A stretch of 64,000 bases of DNA from Smithellaceae bacterium (GCA_963667845.2 CAXXVL010000002.1:3296001-3360000); one strand, 5' to 3'. Counted from the first letter of the stretch, positions 1 through 9,963 are shown. Numbers and translations: made by a program. The notes: a model not told the origin generated them from the letters alone.

Positions 1-844
1 GTTCTCCGACCAGGTATCCGCGGCAGTCATTGTTGTCGCCCATGCTCAACTGGCAGGCCGGCTCTCCCTTGGCTCCCATTTTGTGTTCGATGCCGGTGCA
101 AGTGAGATCATTGAATTCCAATTCACCGCTTTTGGAAAAACGGTATTTGGGGACGATAAACAAAGAAATCCCCTTCACCCCTGCCGGCGCGCCTTTTATC
201 TTGGCCAGCAGCAGGTTGACGGTATTCTCGGTCGCCGTTGTATCCCCCGCTGAAATAAATATTTTCTTTCCCTGAATCAGGTAATGCCCCAGGCCCGAAT
301 CTTGGGCCGAGGTCCTGATGTCCGCAAGCGAGCTCCCGGCGTCCGGTTCCGTCAACGCCATGGTCCCCTGCCAAACTCCCGCAGTCATTTTTTCGAGATA
401 AAGGTCTTTTTGCGCAGGAGTGCCGAAGTTAAGGATGAGGTTTGCGGCTCCCGTGGTCAGGCTGAGATAGATCGCCATGGAACTGTTTGCCGCACCCATG
501 ACGTAGGAAAAGACCTCGTTGACCAGGTTGGGAACCTGTTGCCCGCCGCGGTCGTAAGGCCAGGCCGCGTTGATCCATCCCCCCTGGCCGGACTGTTTCA
601 TGAATTCAGGCATTGAAGGGTGCACCTTAGCCGTGCCATCGATATACTGCGGAGGATAGAGGTCCATCTCCTGAAAGAGCGGGTACATGAATTCGTCCGC
701 CATTTTCCAGAGGGTATCGATCATCATGTCAAAGGTTTCACGACTATGATCCCGATATAAATCGTATTGAGTCAGCTCCTCCGCCTTGAAGACGTCGTAG
801 AGCATGAAATCGATGTTTCTCCGGCTTGCAAATTTATCCGCCAT
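1..844 (-). CDS. acyl-CoA dehydrogenase (5' part, runs off window edge)
   Basis: Not in ORF track (no stop in window). Manual translation from ATG at 844: MADKFASRRNIDFMLYDVF...GTMALTEPDAGSSL...GKKIFISAGD...GVKGISLFIVPK...IEHKMGAKG, typical acyl-CoA dehydrogenase motifs. Confidence 0.9.
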   Translation of the reverse strand, partial: MADKFASRRNIDFMLYDVFKAEELTQYDLYRDHSRETFDMMIDTLWKMADEFMYPLFQEMDLYPPQYIDGTAKVHPSMPEFMKQSGQGGWINAAWPYDRGGQQVPNLVNEVFSYVMGAANSSMAIYLSLTTGAANLILNFGTPAQKDLYLEKMTAGVWQGTMALTEPDAGSSLADIRTSAQDSGLGHYLIQGKKIFISAGDTTATENTVNLLLAKIKGAPAGVKGISLFIVPKYRFSKSGELEFNDLTCTGIEHKMGAKGEPACQLSMGDNNDCRGYLVGE

Positions 845-961
845 TTCGTTGTTCCTTTTCTCTCTTCAAATGCAATATTTATGGTGATGAAATGCAGGGA
901 CAGCCTATTTCTTTGTCTCTTCGCAATGGGGCTCATGACTTCGGACATCCACTTCCACCGC

Positions 962-1798
962 TTACAAAATAGAGACCAGTCCGGCGGATTCACGGATAGC
1001 CGGTTGCTGGTCGAACTCCCTCATTTCCGCAAGACGTGCGGCGCCGAAAGCCGCCGTGAAGCGCGGCACGTCCGGAACGAGAACAGAAATACCCAGAACC
1101 GCGTTGATAGCCCCCACCAGTCCCGCGTCCTCTCCTCCGCCCCCGGTCAAGACAACATCGGGCTCCATCTTTACCCTTTTCACCAGCATTGCCACCTTGG
1201 AAGCCATCGCCCGATGGACACCCGCCAGGATATCCTCGGCACGGGCGCCTTCAGCCAGGCGGGAAATCGTCTCCGATTCGGCAAAGACTGCACAGTTCGT
1301 CGAGAATTCAACGGGAGTGACTGATCTTAAAGAAAGCGCCCCGATCTCTTCGAGAGGAACATGGAGAATACGGGCAATGACCTGCAAAAACCTTCCGGAA
1401 CCGGTAGCACATTTTTCGCTCATCAAAAAATCGGCAACCCTTCCGGCGGCTGTGATTCTCGCTGCTTTGGTGAACTGCCCACCGATATCGACCACGGTCC
1501 GGGCAGACGGAAAGAGACAATGACAGCCCATGGCCTGGCAGGAGATATCGGAAACCGTAAGCCCGGTGAAGGGCGCACTCTCGGCGCCGACTCCTGTCAC
1601 CACCAGGCCGGAAAGACCGTCGCGGTCAATCCCGGCCCGGGAGGTAACTGACTCCAGAACCCTCCGGGCGGCTTCTTTGTAATTGCCTCCGGAGACGACC
1701 AGATCGCTCGCTACGATCTTGCCGCAGGCGGTGAGAACCGCCGCAATAGAGACCGAGCCGATATCCAGACCGGCATAATATTTTACTAAATCGTTCAT
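962..1798 (-). CDS. CoA-substrate-specific enzyme activase (HgdC/BcrAD/BadFG ASKHA ATPase, [4Fe-4S])
   Basis: GLDIGS, VVDIGGQ, SEKCATGSG, STNCAVFAE, LTGGG motifs. Confidence 0.9.
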   Translation of the reverse strand: MNDLVKYYAGLDIGSVSIAAVLTACGKIVASDLVVSGGNYKEAARRVLESVTSRAGIDRDGLSGLVVTGVGAESAPFTGLTVSDISCQAMGCHCLFPSARTVVDIGGQFTKAARITAAGRVADFLMSEKCATGSGRFLQVIARILHVPLEEIGALSLRSVTPVEFSTNCAVFAESETISRLAEGARAEDILAGVHRAMASKVAMLVKRVKMEPDVVLTGGGGEDAGLVGAINAVLGISVLVPDVPRFTAAFGAARLAEMREFDQQPAIRESAGLVSIL

Positions 1799-2625
1799 GC
1801 GAAAAACGTCACCTCTTCCATTTTCCGTTCACGGGTGCGGACGATGCCCCTCCGGGCAAAATCACTGCCGATGAGCGCCGCCCCCAAAGCTCCGGTAATA
1901 AAGGGCTCCGGCGGAACCCGAACCGGAAAGCCGACCTTGTCCTCGATGGCTTTAATGAGGCCGCTGTTCTTGGCGCCCCCGCCTGTCACCACCACGTCCT
2001 TTTTTAATCCCAGATGCCGCGCCATATTGACGACTCGGCCGGCGATCGCCACATGCAGACCGGCGACAATTTCCGGAATGGTCGCTCCCTCCGCCAGCCG
2101 GGAGGTCACCTCATGCTCCGCAAAAACCGTACAGATATTGGAAATCTTGACATACGTCTTTGCCTTCTGCGACAGAGCGCCCATCTCGGTAAGCTTGATC
2201 CCCAGAGTCTCGGCAATCACTTCCAGAAAGCGGCCCGTTCCGGCGGCGCACTTGTCGTTCATGACAAAATCGGCCACCCGGCCTTCGGCATCCAGTTTGA
2301 TGCCCTTGGAATCCTGTCCGCCGATGTCGATGATGGTGTGTGTCGCCGGGAATAGGGACCAAATCCCGCGGGCGTGACAGGTAATCTCCGTCATTTGCTT
2401 GTCGGCAAACGGAACATTGATCCGTCCGTAACCCGTCGCCACAATGAAATCGAGGCCGGAAAAAGAAAGGCCGCACTTCTTGACGGCTTCATCCATTACC
2501 CGGAGGGCCAGGTGACGATGCTCTGCACCCGTGGGGCCGATGACCGAAGCCAGACTCTGTCCCTGATCATCAACGATGACGACCTTGCTCATGGTGGAGC
2601 CGATGTCAATTCCCGCAAAAGGCAT
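1795..2625 (-). CDS. CoA-substrate-specific enzyme activase (HgdC/BcrAD/BadFG)
   Basis: GIDIGST, ATGYGR, EITCHARG, IDIGGQDSK, MNDKCAAGTG, CTVFAE motifs; 4-nt overlap with next gene. Confidence 0.92.
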   Translation of the reverse strand: MPFAGIDIGSTMSKVVIVDDQGQSLASVIGPTGAEHRHLALRVMDEAVKKCGLSFSGLDFIVATGYGRINVPFADKQMTEITCHARGIWSLFPATHTIIDIGGQDSKGIKLDAEGRVADFVMNDKCAAGTGRFLEVIAETLGIKLTEMGALSQKAKTYVKISNICTVFAEHEVTSRLAEGATIPEIVAGLHVAIAGRVVNMARHLGLKKDVVVTGGGAKNSGLIKAIEDKVGFPVRVPPEPFITGALGAALIGSDFARRGIVRTRERKMEEVTFFA

Positions 2626-2649
2626 AGTTTAGTTTATTCTCTTCACTCT

Positions 2650-3960
2650 TTATTTAATGGCGCGTCCCGCCAGCGATTCCAGGAACGCGCTGATTTGTGC
2701 TTTCCACTGCGCCTCCGAGTAATCCCGCAGGTCCACCATATCGGAAACCAGCTGCATCATGGGAATATCGGTGTACTGTTCCAGCAGATTCTTCATGTGA
2801 ATCTGGCCGACCGTCGTGGCCCGGCAGGAACGGCAGGCGTGAAACACGACGCCGTCAATCTTATAATCTCTGATCTTTTCGCGAAGCTGTTCCACAAACG
2901 GATGGCCGCTTCCGGCCTGGGCTTGTTCATGCCGCTTCGATAAACGCAGGAAACTGCGCCATGCCATATATTCGACGGGATCTTTCACATGACTCGGCAC
3001 CTCCACCGGATCATACGAGCGGTAGACATTTTCGATCACAAAAACCGCTCCGAAACTTTCAAAGTAATTGAAGATCCAGAGCGTATGCCAGGGCGGCAGG
3101 CCGCCGCCGTATAGAATACGGTACTTCTCATCCGGAATCACGCCTGTCTTATTATCTACCTTCTCTTTCACTTCGTCGTAGAGGCCCTGGTAAAAATCCA
3201 CGGCTACCTGTGTTCCGGAATAATAATAGGCGGCCGTCATAATGCTGAAGTGATCCTGGGCCGGCATCGGGCAGGGAACGGCGACGCGCAGACGGTCGAC
3301 GTCGTACCAGAGGCGCCAGGCCTTGTCGCTCAGTCTGATCGCTTCCCAGAGGCGCTCCGTGTCCAGTTTTTTACCGGTCTGTGCTTCCAAAAACGTGATC
3401 AGGCCACGGAACTGCTCCGTCTGGTACCGGACGTAATGATCGCGGATATCCCTGGTCACCGCGTCTCCCGGAGGCCAGGCAACGTCAATACTGTAGGTGG
3501 GAATGTCCAGGAAACGCCGGGTCGCCTGGAACCACTTGAAGCGGGGATCACAGACAGCGCTGGAGCCCAGCATCATGTCCGGCATGGCCATGCCGCCGTC
3601 GGGGGAGTTTTCCGGGATGCCGCCCGCTTCTTTTCTCAGACTGTCGAACCCGAGGCCGATCCGGGCATAACTGCAGAGGACCTGGGAGTAGCCGTCGGAC
3701 TCCGCCTTCAGCAGAAAGCGGTCCATTTCGCGCTTCGCGGCGCAAAGGCCGGCGTAATTTTCCGTGGGCAGCGGGACGATGTCCATGGCACGGAGAATCT
3801 CGTCATATTGCGAGCTCACCATCATATAGGCCACTTTTTTCCCTGCGGCCTTTGCTTCATGGGCGGACTGGTAAATATTTTTTACCAGAGATCGCACTTT
3901 GCGGGCCGTATTGGTGCCCTTCACTGCCGTCGTTTTCGTTTGTTCTTTTGCTTCCATCAT
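2650..3960 (-). CDS. 2-hydroxyacyl-CoA dehydratase / benzoyl-CoA reductase subunit (BcrB/HgdA-like)
   Basis: ENYAGLCA, LCSYAR, CDPRFKW, DGVVFHACRSC motifs; ATG at 3960 with AGGGAG SD preferred to TTG 3975. Confidence 0.85.
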   Translation of the reverse strand: MMEAKEQTKTTAVKGTNTARKVRSLVKNIYQSAHEAKAAGKKVAYMMVSSQYDEILRAMDIVPLPTENYAGLCAAKREMDRFLLKAESDGYSQVLCSYARIGLGFDSLRKEAGGIPENSPDGGMAMPDMMLGSSAVCDPRFKWFQATRRFLDIPTYSIDVAWPPGDAVTRDIRDHYVRYQTEQFRGLITFLEAQTGKKLDTERLWEAIRLSDKAWRLWYDVDRLRVAVPCPMPAQDHFSIMTAAYYYSGTQVAVDFYQGLYDEVKEKVDNKTGVIPDEKYRILYGGGLPPWHTLWIFNYFESFGAVFVIENVYRSYDPVEVPSHVKDPVEYMAWRSFLRLSKRHEQAQAGSGHPFVEQLREKIRDYKIDGVVFHACRSCRATTVGQIHMKNLLEQYTDIPMMQLVSDMVDLRDYSEAQWKAQISAFLESLAGRAIK

Positions 3961-3967
3961 TTTCTCC

Positions 3968-5107
3968 CTATCCAATCATTTCCAGGAATGCCTGTACCCG
4001 CGTCCGCAACTGACCGATTGTCGAGGTCGAGTAATCATCTTCGATCATCAGCACCGGTACCTTCAACCCTTCGAGATACTCGCGCAGGTCAGGCCCATCC
4101 AGTTCGCACGTATCGCAATAGCGGACGATATAAAATACCGCGGCCTTCGCCTGCCAGTCTTTGATAAACCGGCCGATATAGGCATAGCGGTTTTCCAGAT
4201 CCTGTTTGCGATCACCCATCTGCGGAACATTGGTGCGCGGGCAATGCGTTGCCAGATAACGGCTCGCAATCCCCGCCAGAGGGTCCGCCGTTTCGGGAAC
4301 ATCATCCCAGAAAAAACGCGTGCCCGTACAGAGATCATCCATCACCACCCGGGCGCCGGAATCTTCCACAAGCTTGATAAAAGCAATATCGTCGATTTCA
4401 TTCCCCCAAATGAAAATACGCGGCACGTCCGCGGCTTTGGCAAGCGGACGCCCTTTTACTTCGTCGATGAACTCCCGGATCAGCTCGATGTGTTCCGCTC
4501 CGGGGAGACCCATGCCGGCAACCAGCAATTTCGTGATCTCCACACCCGACACGAGCGGCGGATCCGATTTCCTAAGCTCATACAATTCCCTCAGGAGAGC
4601 CCGGCGCCGGTTATAGAGTTTCACGGCCTGGGACAATTTCGCCTTCTCGAGTTTTCGGCCCGACCACTCCTCCAGACGTTTAATGAAATACTCCAATTCG
4701 CTTTGGTAAAACGCTTCGGAACCGGCCCCCATCATATGGGGCACATTGATGATATGACTGAAGGGAGATGGCCTGTTGTGGCGCCAGATCTGATACAGGC
4801 GGTCAACCGTATCGCAGCTGTGCGGTACGACAAAGCCGTCAAGAAAATCGTATTCCCCTTTCAGCGCCATATTGAAGCAGCTGCGGGCAAACGGGCAGGC
4901 CATGGGTTCCAGAAAGGCGTCCGCCTGATCGATCGGCTCGCTTTGGCTTCCCTGAATACGGTAGGGAACCATATCGAAGGCTGTAATAATTTCGTCGGGA
5001 ACAAAGCAGCAAAAGTAACCGATGATTTTCTTGCCCGCATCATGCAGTTGCCTGGCGCGCTTTCCCCTGCTTTGATAAAGTTCATTAATCTTTTCACTCG
5101 CTGTCAT
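3968..5107 (-). CDS. 2-hydroxyacyl-CoA dehydratase / benzoyl-CoA reductase subunit (BcrC/HgdB-like)
   Basis: GYFCCFVPDEII, ACPFARS, PHSCD, DDLCTGTR, YCDTC, GQLRTRVQAFLEMI; ATG 5107 after GGAGAAGGA. Confidence 0.88.
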   Translation of the reverse strand: MTASEKINELYQSRGKRARQLHDAGKKIIGYFCCFVPDEIITAFDMVPYRIQGSQSEPIDQADAFLEPMACPFARSCFNMALKGEYDFLDGFVVPHSCDTVDRLYQIWRHNRPSPFSHIINVPHMMGAGSEAFYQSELEYFIKRLEEWSGRKLEKAKLSQAVKLYNRRRALLRELYELRKSDPPLVSGVEITKLLVAGMGLPGAEHIELIREFIDEVKGRPLAKAADVPRIFIWGNEIDDIAFIKLVEDSGARVVMDDLCTGTRFFWDDVPETADPLAGIASRYLATHCPRTNVPQMGDRKQDLENRYAYIGRFIKDWQAKAAVFYIVRYCDTCELDGPDLREYLEGLKVPVLMIEDDYSTSTIGQLRTRVQAFLEMIG

Positions 5108-5208
5108 GACGTCCTTCTCCAGTTTTGTTTCAATTTTGTGCGCTTTCCCTAATTTCATCCGGTTGTAACAGCAGACGTGACCCGCAATCTTTCTTCCGGA
5201 TGTATCTA

Positions 5209-6912
5209 TTATTTGCCGCCGGTGTATTTGCCTTCCTGGCGGAGCTTCTCGATCTCCAGTTTTTCCAGTTCGGTGTAGGCGATCTTCCCGACTTTCGTGA
5301 GCGGCAGGCTGTCCCGGAATTCAACCTCCCGGGGGCAGGACCATTTGATCAGATGCTTCTGGCAATGGACAATCAAGGCCTGGGCCAGTTCCGGACCGGC
5401 TTTTGATTTATCTTTCAGAACAACAAAGGCCTTAACCCTTTCAACCTGCGCCTCATCGGGCACGCCGATCACGCAGGCGGCCTGCACATCGGGGTGTTTA
5501 TCCAGAGCGGCCTCCACTTGAACGGGATAGACATTCATCCCTGAGGATTTGATCATTCTTTTCAGCCGCAGTTTGAAGTAAAAATATCCGTCTTCGTCCG
5601 TGGTGAAGATATCTCCCGTATGAAGCCAGGTGTGGCCGTCGTCATGTTCCTTAATGACCGCCGCTGTTTCCTCGGGGCTCTCCAGATAGCCGAGCATGAC
5701 GGCCGGACCGCTCACGCAGAGCTCTCCTTCCTGGCCTACGGGGACTTCCCGGGTCGTGCCGATGCCGACAACCTTTGCCAGCATGTCCGGAAAGGGAATA
5801 CCCACACTGCCCTCCCGATAGCCGTCAAGCGGCGTGGACATAATGCCCGTCACAGCCTCCGTCAGTCCGTAGCCCTCCACAAGCTGGACGTTCCCGCCCT
5901 GGCGTTTCACGAGTTCTTCGAATCGTTCCTTGACCTGCCGAGGGAGAGAATCGGCGCCGCAGGAAGTATTTCTCAGGCAACTCAGATCCGCCGTCTGAAA
6001 ATCAGGGTTTCGGGTCAGGGCGTCATAAAGGGTCGGCACACCGGTGATCAGGGTCGGCTTCTTTTTCTTGATGAGATCGGCCACGATCTCCGGGGTAAAC
6101 TGGGGGACAAGAATACTTTTGGCGCCTCCCATAAAGGCCGCGTTGCAGCAGATCCCCAGACCGAACCCGTGGAAAATAGGAAGAATCGCCAGAACGGAGG
6201 CGTCTTCGGCATGAAGGCCTTCGCCCCAGTTAGCGACCATCAGGCCCTCACTGATGAAGTTATAGTTCGACAGCATAATTCCCTTGGGGAAACCCGTTGT
6301 GCCGCCGCTATACAGGATGACGGCCATTTCGTCCGGCCCCATATCCGCTTTTGGCGCGTCGGGATAGTTTGCGGCCATCAGGGGCTTCCACCATTTGACC
6401 ATCGGGTCTTCATGGGTCTTGTCCGCGCCCTGCTGGGGCGGGGTTACTTGATCGAAGATTTCCGTCAAGATCAGCGTTTCCAGCTTCGTTTCACTCTTGA
6501 TCTCTTTGAATTTGGCGTAAAACAGATCCAGGGTCAGAGCGACGCGGCTCTTGCTGATGTTCAGGTAATAGATGATTTCGCTCGGTGTAGAGAGCGGGTG
6601 GATCATGCTGGCCACGACGCCCAGTTTATTGGCCGCATAAAAGCAGATGATTCCCTGGGGTGACGTGGGCATGGAAATAGTGATCCGGTCCCCTTTCTTC
6701 AACCCGAGGGCAGCCAGCGCATTGGCACATAAATCGATTTGCGCGGCGAATTGACGGTAGGTTGCCGTGTAGTCAAAAAAATCATAGGCAGTGCGCTCGG
6801 GAAACTTCTCGACCGTCTGCATCAGCGCTTCGTACATGGTCACCCGGGGATAATTGATCGTCTCCGGCACGCCTTTATAAAACTTTAACCAGGGTTTTCT
6901 TTCCGATACCAT
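5209..6912 (-). CDS. long-chain acyl-CoA ligase (AMP-binding, FadD-like)
   Basis: YSGGTTGFPKG, EGYGLTE, LHTGD, LPLTKVGK; ATG 6912 after AAGGAG. Confidence 0.92.
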   Translation of the reverse strand: MVSERKPWLKFYKGVPETINYPRVTMYEALMQTVEKFPERTAYDFFDYTATYRQFAAQIDLCANALAALGLKKGDRITISMPTSPQGIICFYAANKLGVVASMIHPLSTPSEIIYYLNISKSRVALTLDLFYAKFKEIKSETKLETLILTEIFDQVTPPQQGADKTHEDPMVKWWKPLMAANYPDAPKADMGPDEMAVILYSGGTTGFPKGIMLSNYNFISEGLMVANWGEGLHAEDASVLAILPIFHGFGLGICCNAAFMGGAKSILVPQFTPEIVADLIKKKKPTLITGVPTLYDALTRNPDFQTADLSCLRNTSCGADSLPRQVKERFEELVKRQGGNVQLVEGYGLTEAVTGIMSTPLDGYREGSVGIPFPDMLAKVVGIGTTREVPVGQEGELCVSGPAVMLGYLESPEETAAVIKEHDDGHTWLHTGDIFTTDEDGYFYFKLRLKRMIKSSGMNVYPVQVEAALDKHPDVQAACVIGVPDEAQVERVKAFVVLKDKSKAGPELAQALIVHCQKHLIKWSCPREVEFRDSLPLTKVGKIAYTELEKLEIEKLRQEGKYTGGK

Positions 6913-7030
6913 TGGATAGCTCCTTATCGAGGATATGAAAACATTTAAGCGGCAAAGCCTAAAGTCTTGACAAGATATATTGAGGGTGAGTAAGTAATCT
7001 GCATCGGAGTGATAATCAAGGTTTTTGGAC

Positions 7031-7094
7031 TGTTTCACGATAAATACCGTTTCATGCTGAAACATTGATTTTTCACGTTGAACGTGATTTCAGT
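7031..7094. promoter_or_regulatory. candidate operator array between divergent genes
   Basis: Palindromes GTTTCAtgcTGAAAC (7049-7063) and TCACGTTgAACGTGA (7073-7087); TTTCA at 7033, 7050, 7071, 7088. Confidence 0.45.
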
Positions 7095-7158
7095 ACGAAT
7101 GAACCATTAATGGCGGAAGCGCTGCAGATCAAGAGAAGCAAAAGGAGCAAGGGAAACC

Positions 7159-9387
7159 ATGAAAAAGCAGGATAAGGCAATGGCCGCCATTTCAGCTGTT
7201 TTCCCGACACGGGAGACATTTATCAAATTTGCCGAAGACAGCGACAATAAAAAAGCAGTCCAATCCTTTGTTGATTATGCAGTGCAAAACAAAATCATCG
7301 AAACGCCCTCCTCCAAAAGCCTGGAAGAGTTTATCGCCATTCAAGCCAGAACTCCTGAAGACTGCGCGCCGCCCGATCAACTTACTTTTGAAGAGCTTCT
7401 CGATAAAAAAGAGGAAATGTTTAGCTTTAACCTCTCGGAGCGGGCTTTGGCCGACCGGATCAATTCCCTGATCTCCGCGAGCGGCATCGATTTGCCCAAA
7501 GTGAGCAATTCCATGTTGACACGCCTTAAGACAAAGCCTGCGGATAATGCTTATAAGCAGAATGTGATCCGAAGTTTCGCGTTCTGGCTCGGCCATGAGC
7601 GAGCCGATCTTGGTCCGCAGCTAAACTATGAAACCCTGATGAAGATCTGCCCGGAAGAGAAGCCTGCCGACAGTTATAAAGAAGGGATCCGCATCGGGTT
7701 CTCCCTGGTGAGCCGCGGAGACGTTATCGATCATCCCATCACCAACTGGCTTAAGGCGTGCATCAAAAATTACCTGGACAAGACGATGGGAGATTCGCTC
7801 CAGGGCACATGGGGCAAAGTCAGGTCTCATGACTTCACGACGTTTTACGTTGACATTCCGAAAATAGAGGAGGCCAGCGATCCGACGGCCTACCGGTCCT
7901 GCCTTAAACACGCTGTTTCACTGACTCACCACGTCGCCATTCGCTGGGCAATATCCAAATATTATACCAACAACAGATTCTTATCCATCGGGATCGTCGC
8001 CGGCAAATTCGCCTCTCTGGATAATTATCTGCTGCCCATGCTCAATGCCAAGCTGTCGGGCGATCCCATTATTCGCGTTTCCGATTATGTTCGTCAATGC
8101 CTCCTGATCAATGACACCCGCGTCATCATGTGCAGCAAGCCCAGTGAAACGATCTTATTCAAAGGAGAAACGTTCAGCATCTGGTGGATCGTGGCCTTCT
8201 GGAGTGCTTTTTATTTTGATTTTATCCCTGACTTATTGGAAGCAAGCCGTCTGAACAATAACGTTCTTCCGGGAGAAATTCTCTCACGGTTGCGCTGGTT
8301 TCCGGAGGAGTCGCCACTCAATAATCCCGAAAGCACCAAGACCAATGCGATTACGGCCTTCCTCAACTTTCCCCATAACTCTCTCCTCGGCGTTGAAATT
8401 GCGAAGACGCTTTACTATCGGAGACAAATTCAGGAAGCCATTGAAATCCTCCGCATCGTTCTGAGCATCGATCCCACCGATCTCACAGCCCGAACGCTGC
8501 GGATGGTCCTTTTTCGGGAGCAGGCGCTAAATGCGCCGACTTATTCTATCGCGGGTACTTTCTTTGCCCAGGCCGAACATGAAGCCATCTATATTCAGGA
8601 AAATTGCGAGTCAAAATTGGAGGATTTTTACTGTGAATATTCCTCGATATACATCGCCAAGGCGATACTCATCTTAAGGTTCCTGCGCAATGGAGACAAG
8701 AGCCGTCACGGATTGCCGGATCTCTCACAGGCAAAACAGGCCGTCTTTGATGCCTTCGATAGGGCCGAATTCCTTTTGGGGAAGGCCATGGCCGTCTCGC
8801 TGTCGGCCATCCGCTCCTACTACGGGCTGAACGCCATGCGCGTTCTGAAGGCTATCCTGAAAAATGATGAGGATATCTTTGTCAATCCTAAAAAAACAAT
8901 CAATGGGAAATTGGAAACTGTTGCCGATTCCTCGGCGGGTTTTCGATTGCAGATCAACTTGAGCACCTATGGGAGTCGGCAGCAGCGTCAACACGATTTC
9001 ATCGAAGATATTTTGGTGAAAAGGTTCAAAATTTATGATGACTCGATCTCACTCCAACCCTTTCGGGCGAGCTCTCATTTCTGTCATGCCGTTGCCCTCT
9101 GGGATTTTTCACCAAGGCGGACGGTCGCCATTGCCAAAAGAGTTCTAATGATATTGAATGCCGCGGCGGATCTGGCCAGAGAGGAGGCCAGACAAGGTGT
9201 CTGTATCTATTCGGCAACCAGAGGCTACAGCGAAATGATGCCGGCCAGAGATTTTATCCAGCATGTGAAAAAGGGTATTCACATGGTGACTCAGGCCGCA
9301 GGAAAAGATCTGGCCGAAAGAGTCGACAGCGACATTATTGAACCGACCGGTCATTTATCATCGCTCCTGATGACATTGAATTTCTAA
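7159..9387 (+). CDS. hypothetical 742-aa protein; predicted XRE-like HTH + degenerate class III cyclase-like domain + TPR region
   Basis: Long ORF with AAGGAG/AAGGGA upstream; domain reading is by-eye pattern matching only. Confidence 0.75.
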   Translation: MKKQDKAMAAISAVFPTRETFIKFAEDSDNKKAVQSFVDYAVQNKIIETPSSKSLEEFIAIQARTPEDCAPPDQLTFEELLDKKEEMFSFNLSERALADRINSLISASGIDLPKVSNSMLTRLKTKPADNAYKQNVIRSFAFWLGHERADLGPQLNYETLMKICPEEKPADSYKEGIRIGFSLVSRGDVIDHPITNWLKACIKNYLDKTMGDSLQGTWGKVRSHDFTTFYVDIPKIEEASDPTAYRSCLKHAVSLTHHVAIRWAISKYYTNNRFLSIGIVAGKFASLDNYLLPMLNAKLSGDPIIRVSDYVRQCLLINDTRVIMCSKPSETILFKGETFSIWWIVAFWSAFYFDFIPDLLEASRLNNNVLPGEILSRLRWFPEESPLNNPESTKTNAITAFLNFPHNSLLGVEIAKTLYYRRQIQEAIEILRIVLSIDPTDLTARTLRMVLFREQALNAPTYSIAGTFFAQAEHEAIYIQENCESKLEDFYCEYSSIYIAKAILILRFLRNGDKSRHGLPDLSQAKQAVFDAFDRAEFLLGKAMAVSLSAIRSYYGLNAMRVLKAILKNDEDIFVNPKKTINGKLETVADSSAGFRLQINLSTYGSRQQRQHDFIEDILVKRFKIYDDSISLQPFRASSHFCHAVALWDFSPRRTVAIAKRVLMILNAAADLAREEARQGVCIYSATRGYSEMMPARDFIQHVKKGIHMVTQAAGKDLAERVDSDIIEPTGHLSSLLMTLNF

Positions 9388-9494
9388 GACAGAGAATATA
9401 CGTCGCCATGACATCCTGAACGTCCGCATGCCCTCGCGGACAGTCCTGGATATTCGCCATTTCCGGTGGTTCAACAACCTCGGAATGCCGCACC

Positions 9495-9932
9495 TTACTT
9501 CAATTGTCTGGCAACCACGTCGCTCAGGACTTTTTGCGCCGCGGCCAGTTTCTTGTATTTGGATTTGATTTTCGCCAGGTCACCGGCAAGAATGGCCTTC
9601 AGCAAATCACCCTCAATTTCGGCCACATCGATTCTGCGGTAGTAGTCCATCGTTTCCTTCAGATGGGCCAGAACGATCATTCCGGTGATCAGGGGGTGGT
9701 TGTTGGTGACGTTGGCATCTTTGAACCGTGTCCCGTGCTCCAGTTCCACTTCCAAGCCGATGCGGAAATCGTCCAGAGGGATTTTCATCTTTTCCACATT
9801 CACGATTTTGAGAATTTTGGCGGCTTCCTTGACTGAAACAACGTCCGTTTTCCGTTTGGACCAATCGGTCAGACCGGCCTCTTTACAGATGCGTGCTACT
9901 TCTTTTGCAGTCACATATTCCGGCAGTTTCAT
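9495..9932 (-). CDS. DUF5661-like hypothetical protein
   Basis: GLEVELEHG...NVTNNHP...IVLAHLKETMDYY motif; AAGGAG SD. Confidence 0.7.
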   Translation of the reverse strand: MKLPEYVTAKEVARICKEAGLTDWSKRKTDVVSVKEAAKILKIVNVEKMKIPLDDFRIGLEVELEHGTRFKDANVTNNHPLITGMIVLAHLKETMDYYRRIDVAEIEGDLLKAILAGDLAKIKSKYKKLAAAQKVLSDVVARQLK

Positions 9933-9963
9933 TATGCTCTCCTTTATGGGTTTTATCTGAATT

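Noticed and set aside
3250..6663. Long plus-strand ORFs 3250-4164, 3899-5152 and 5620-6663
   Set aside because: Antisense shadows of well-supported minus-strand enzymes; no motifs of their own
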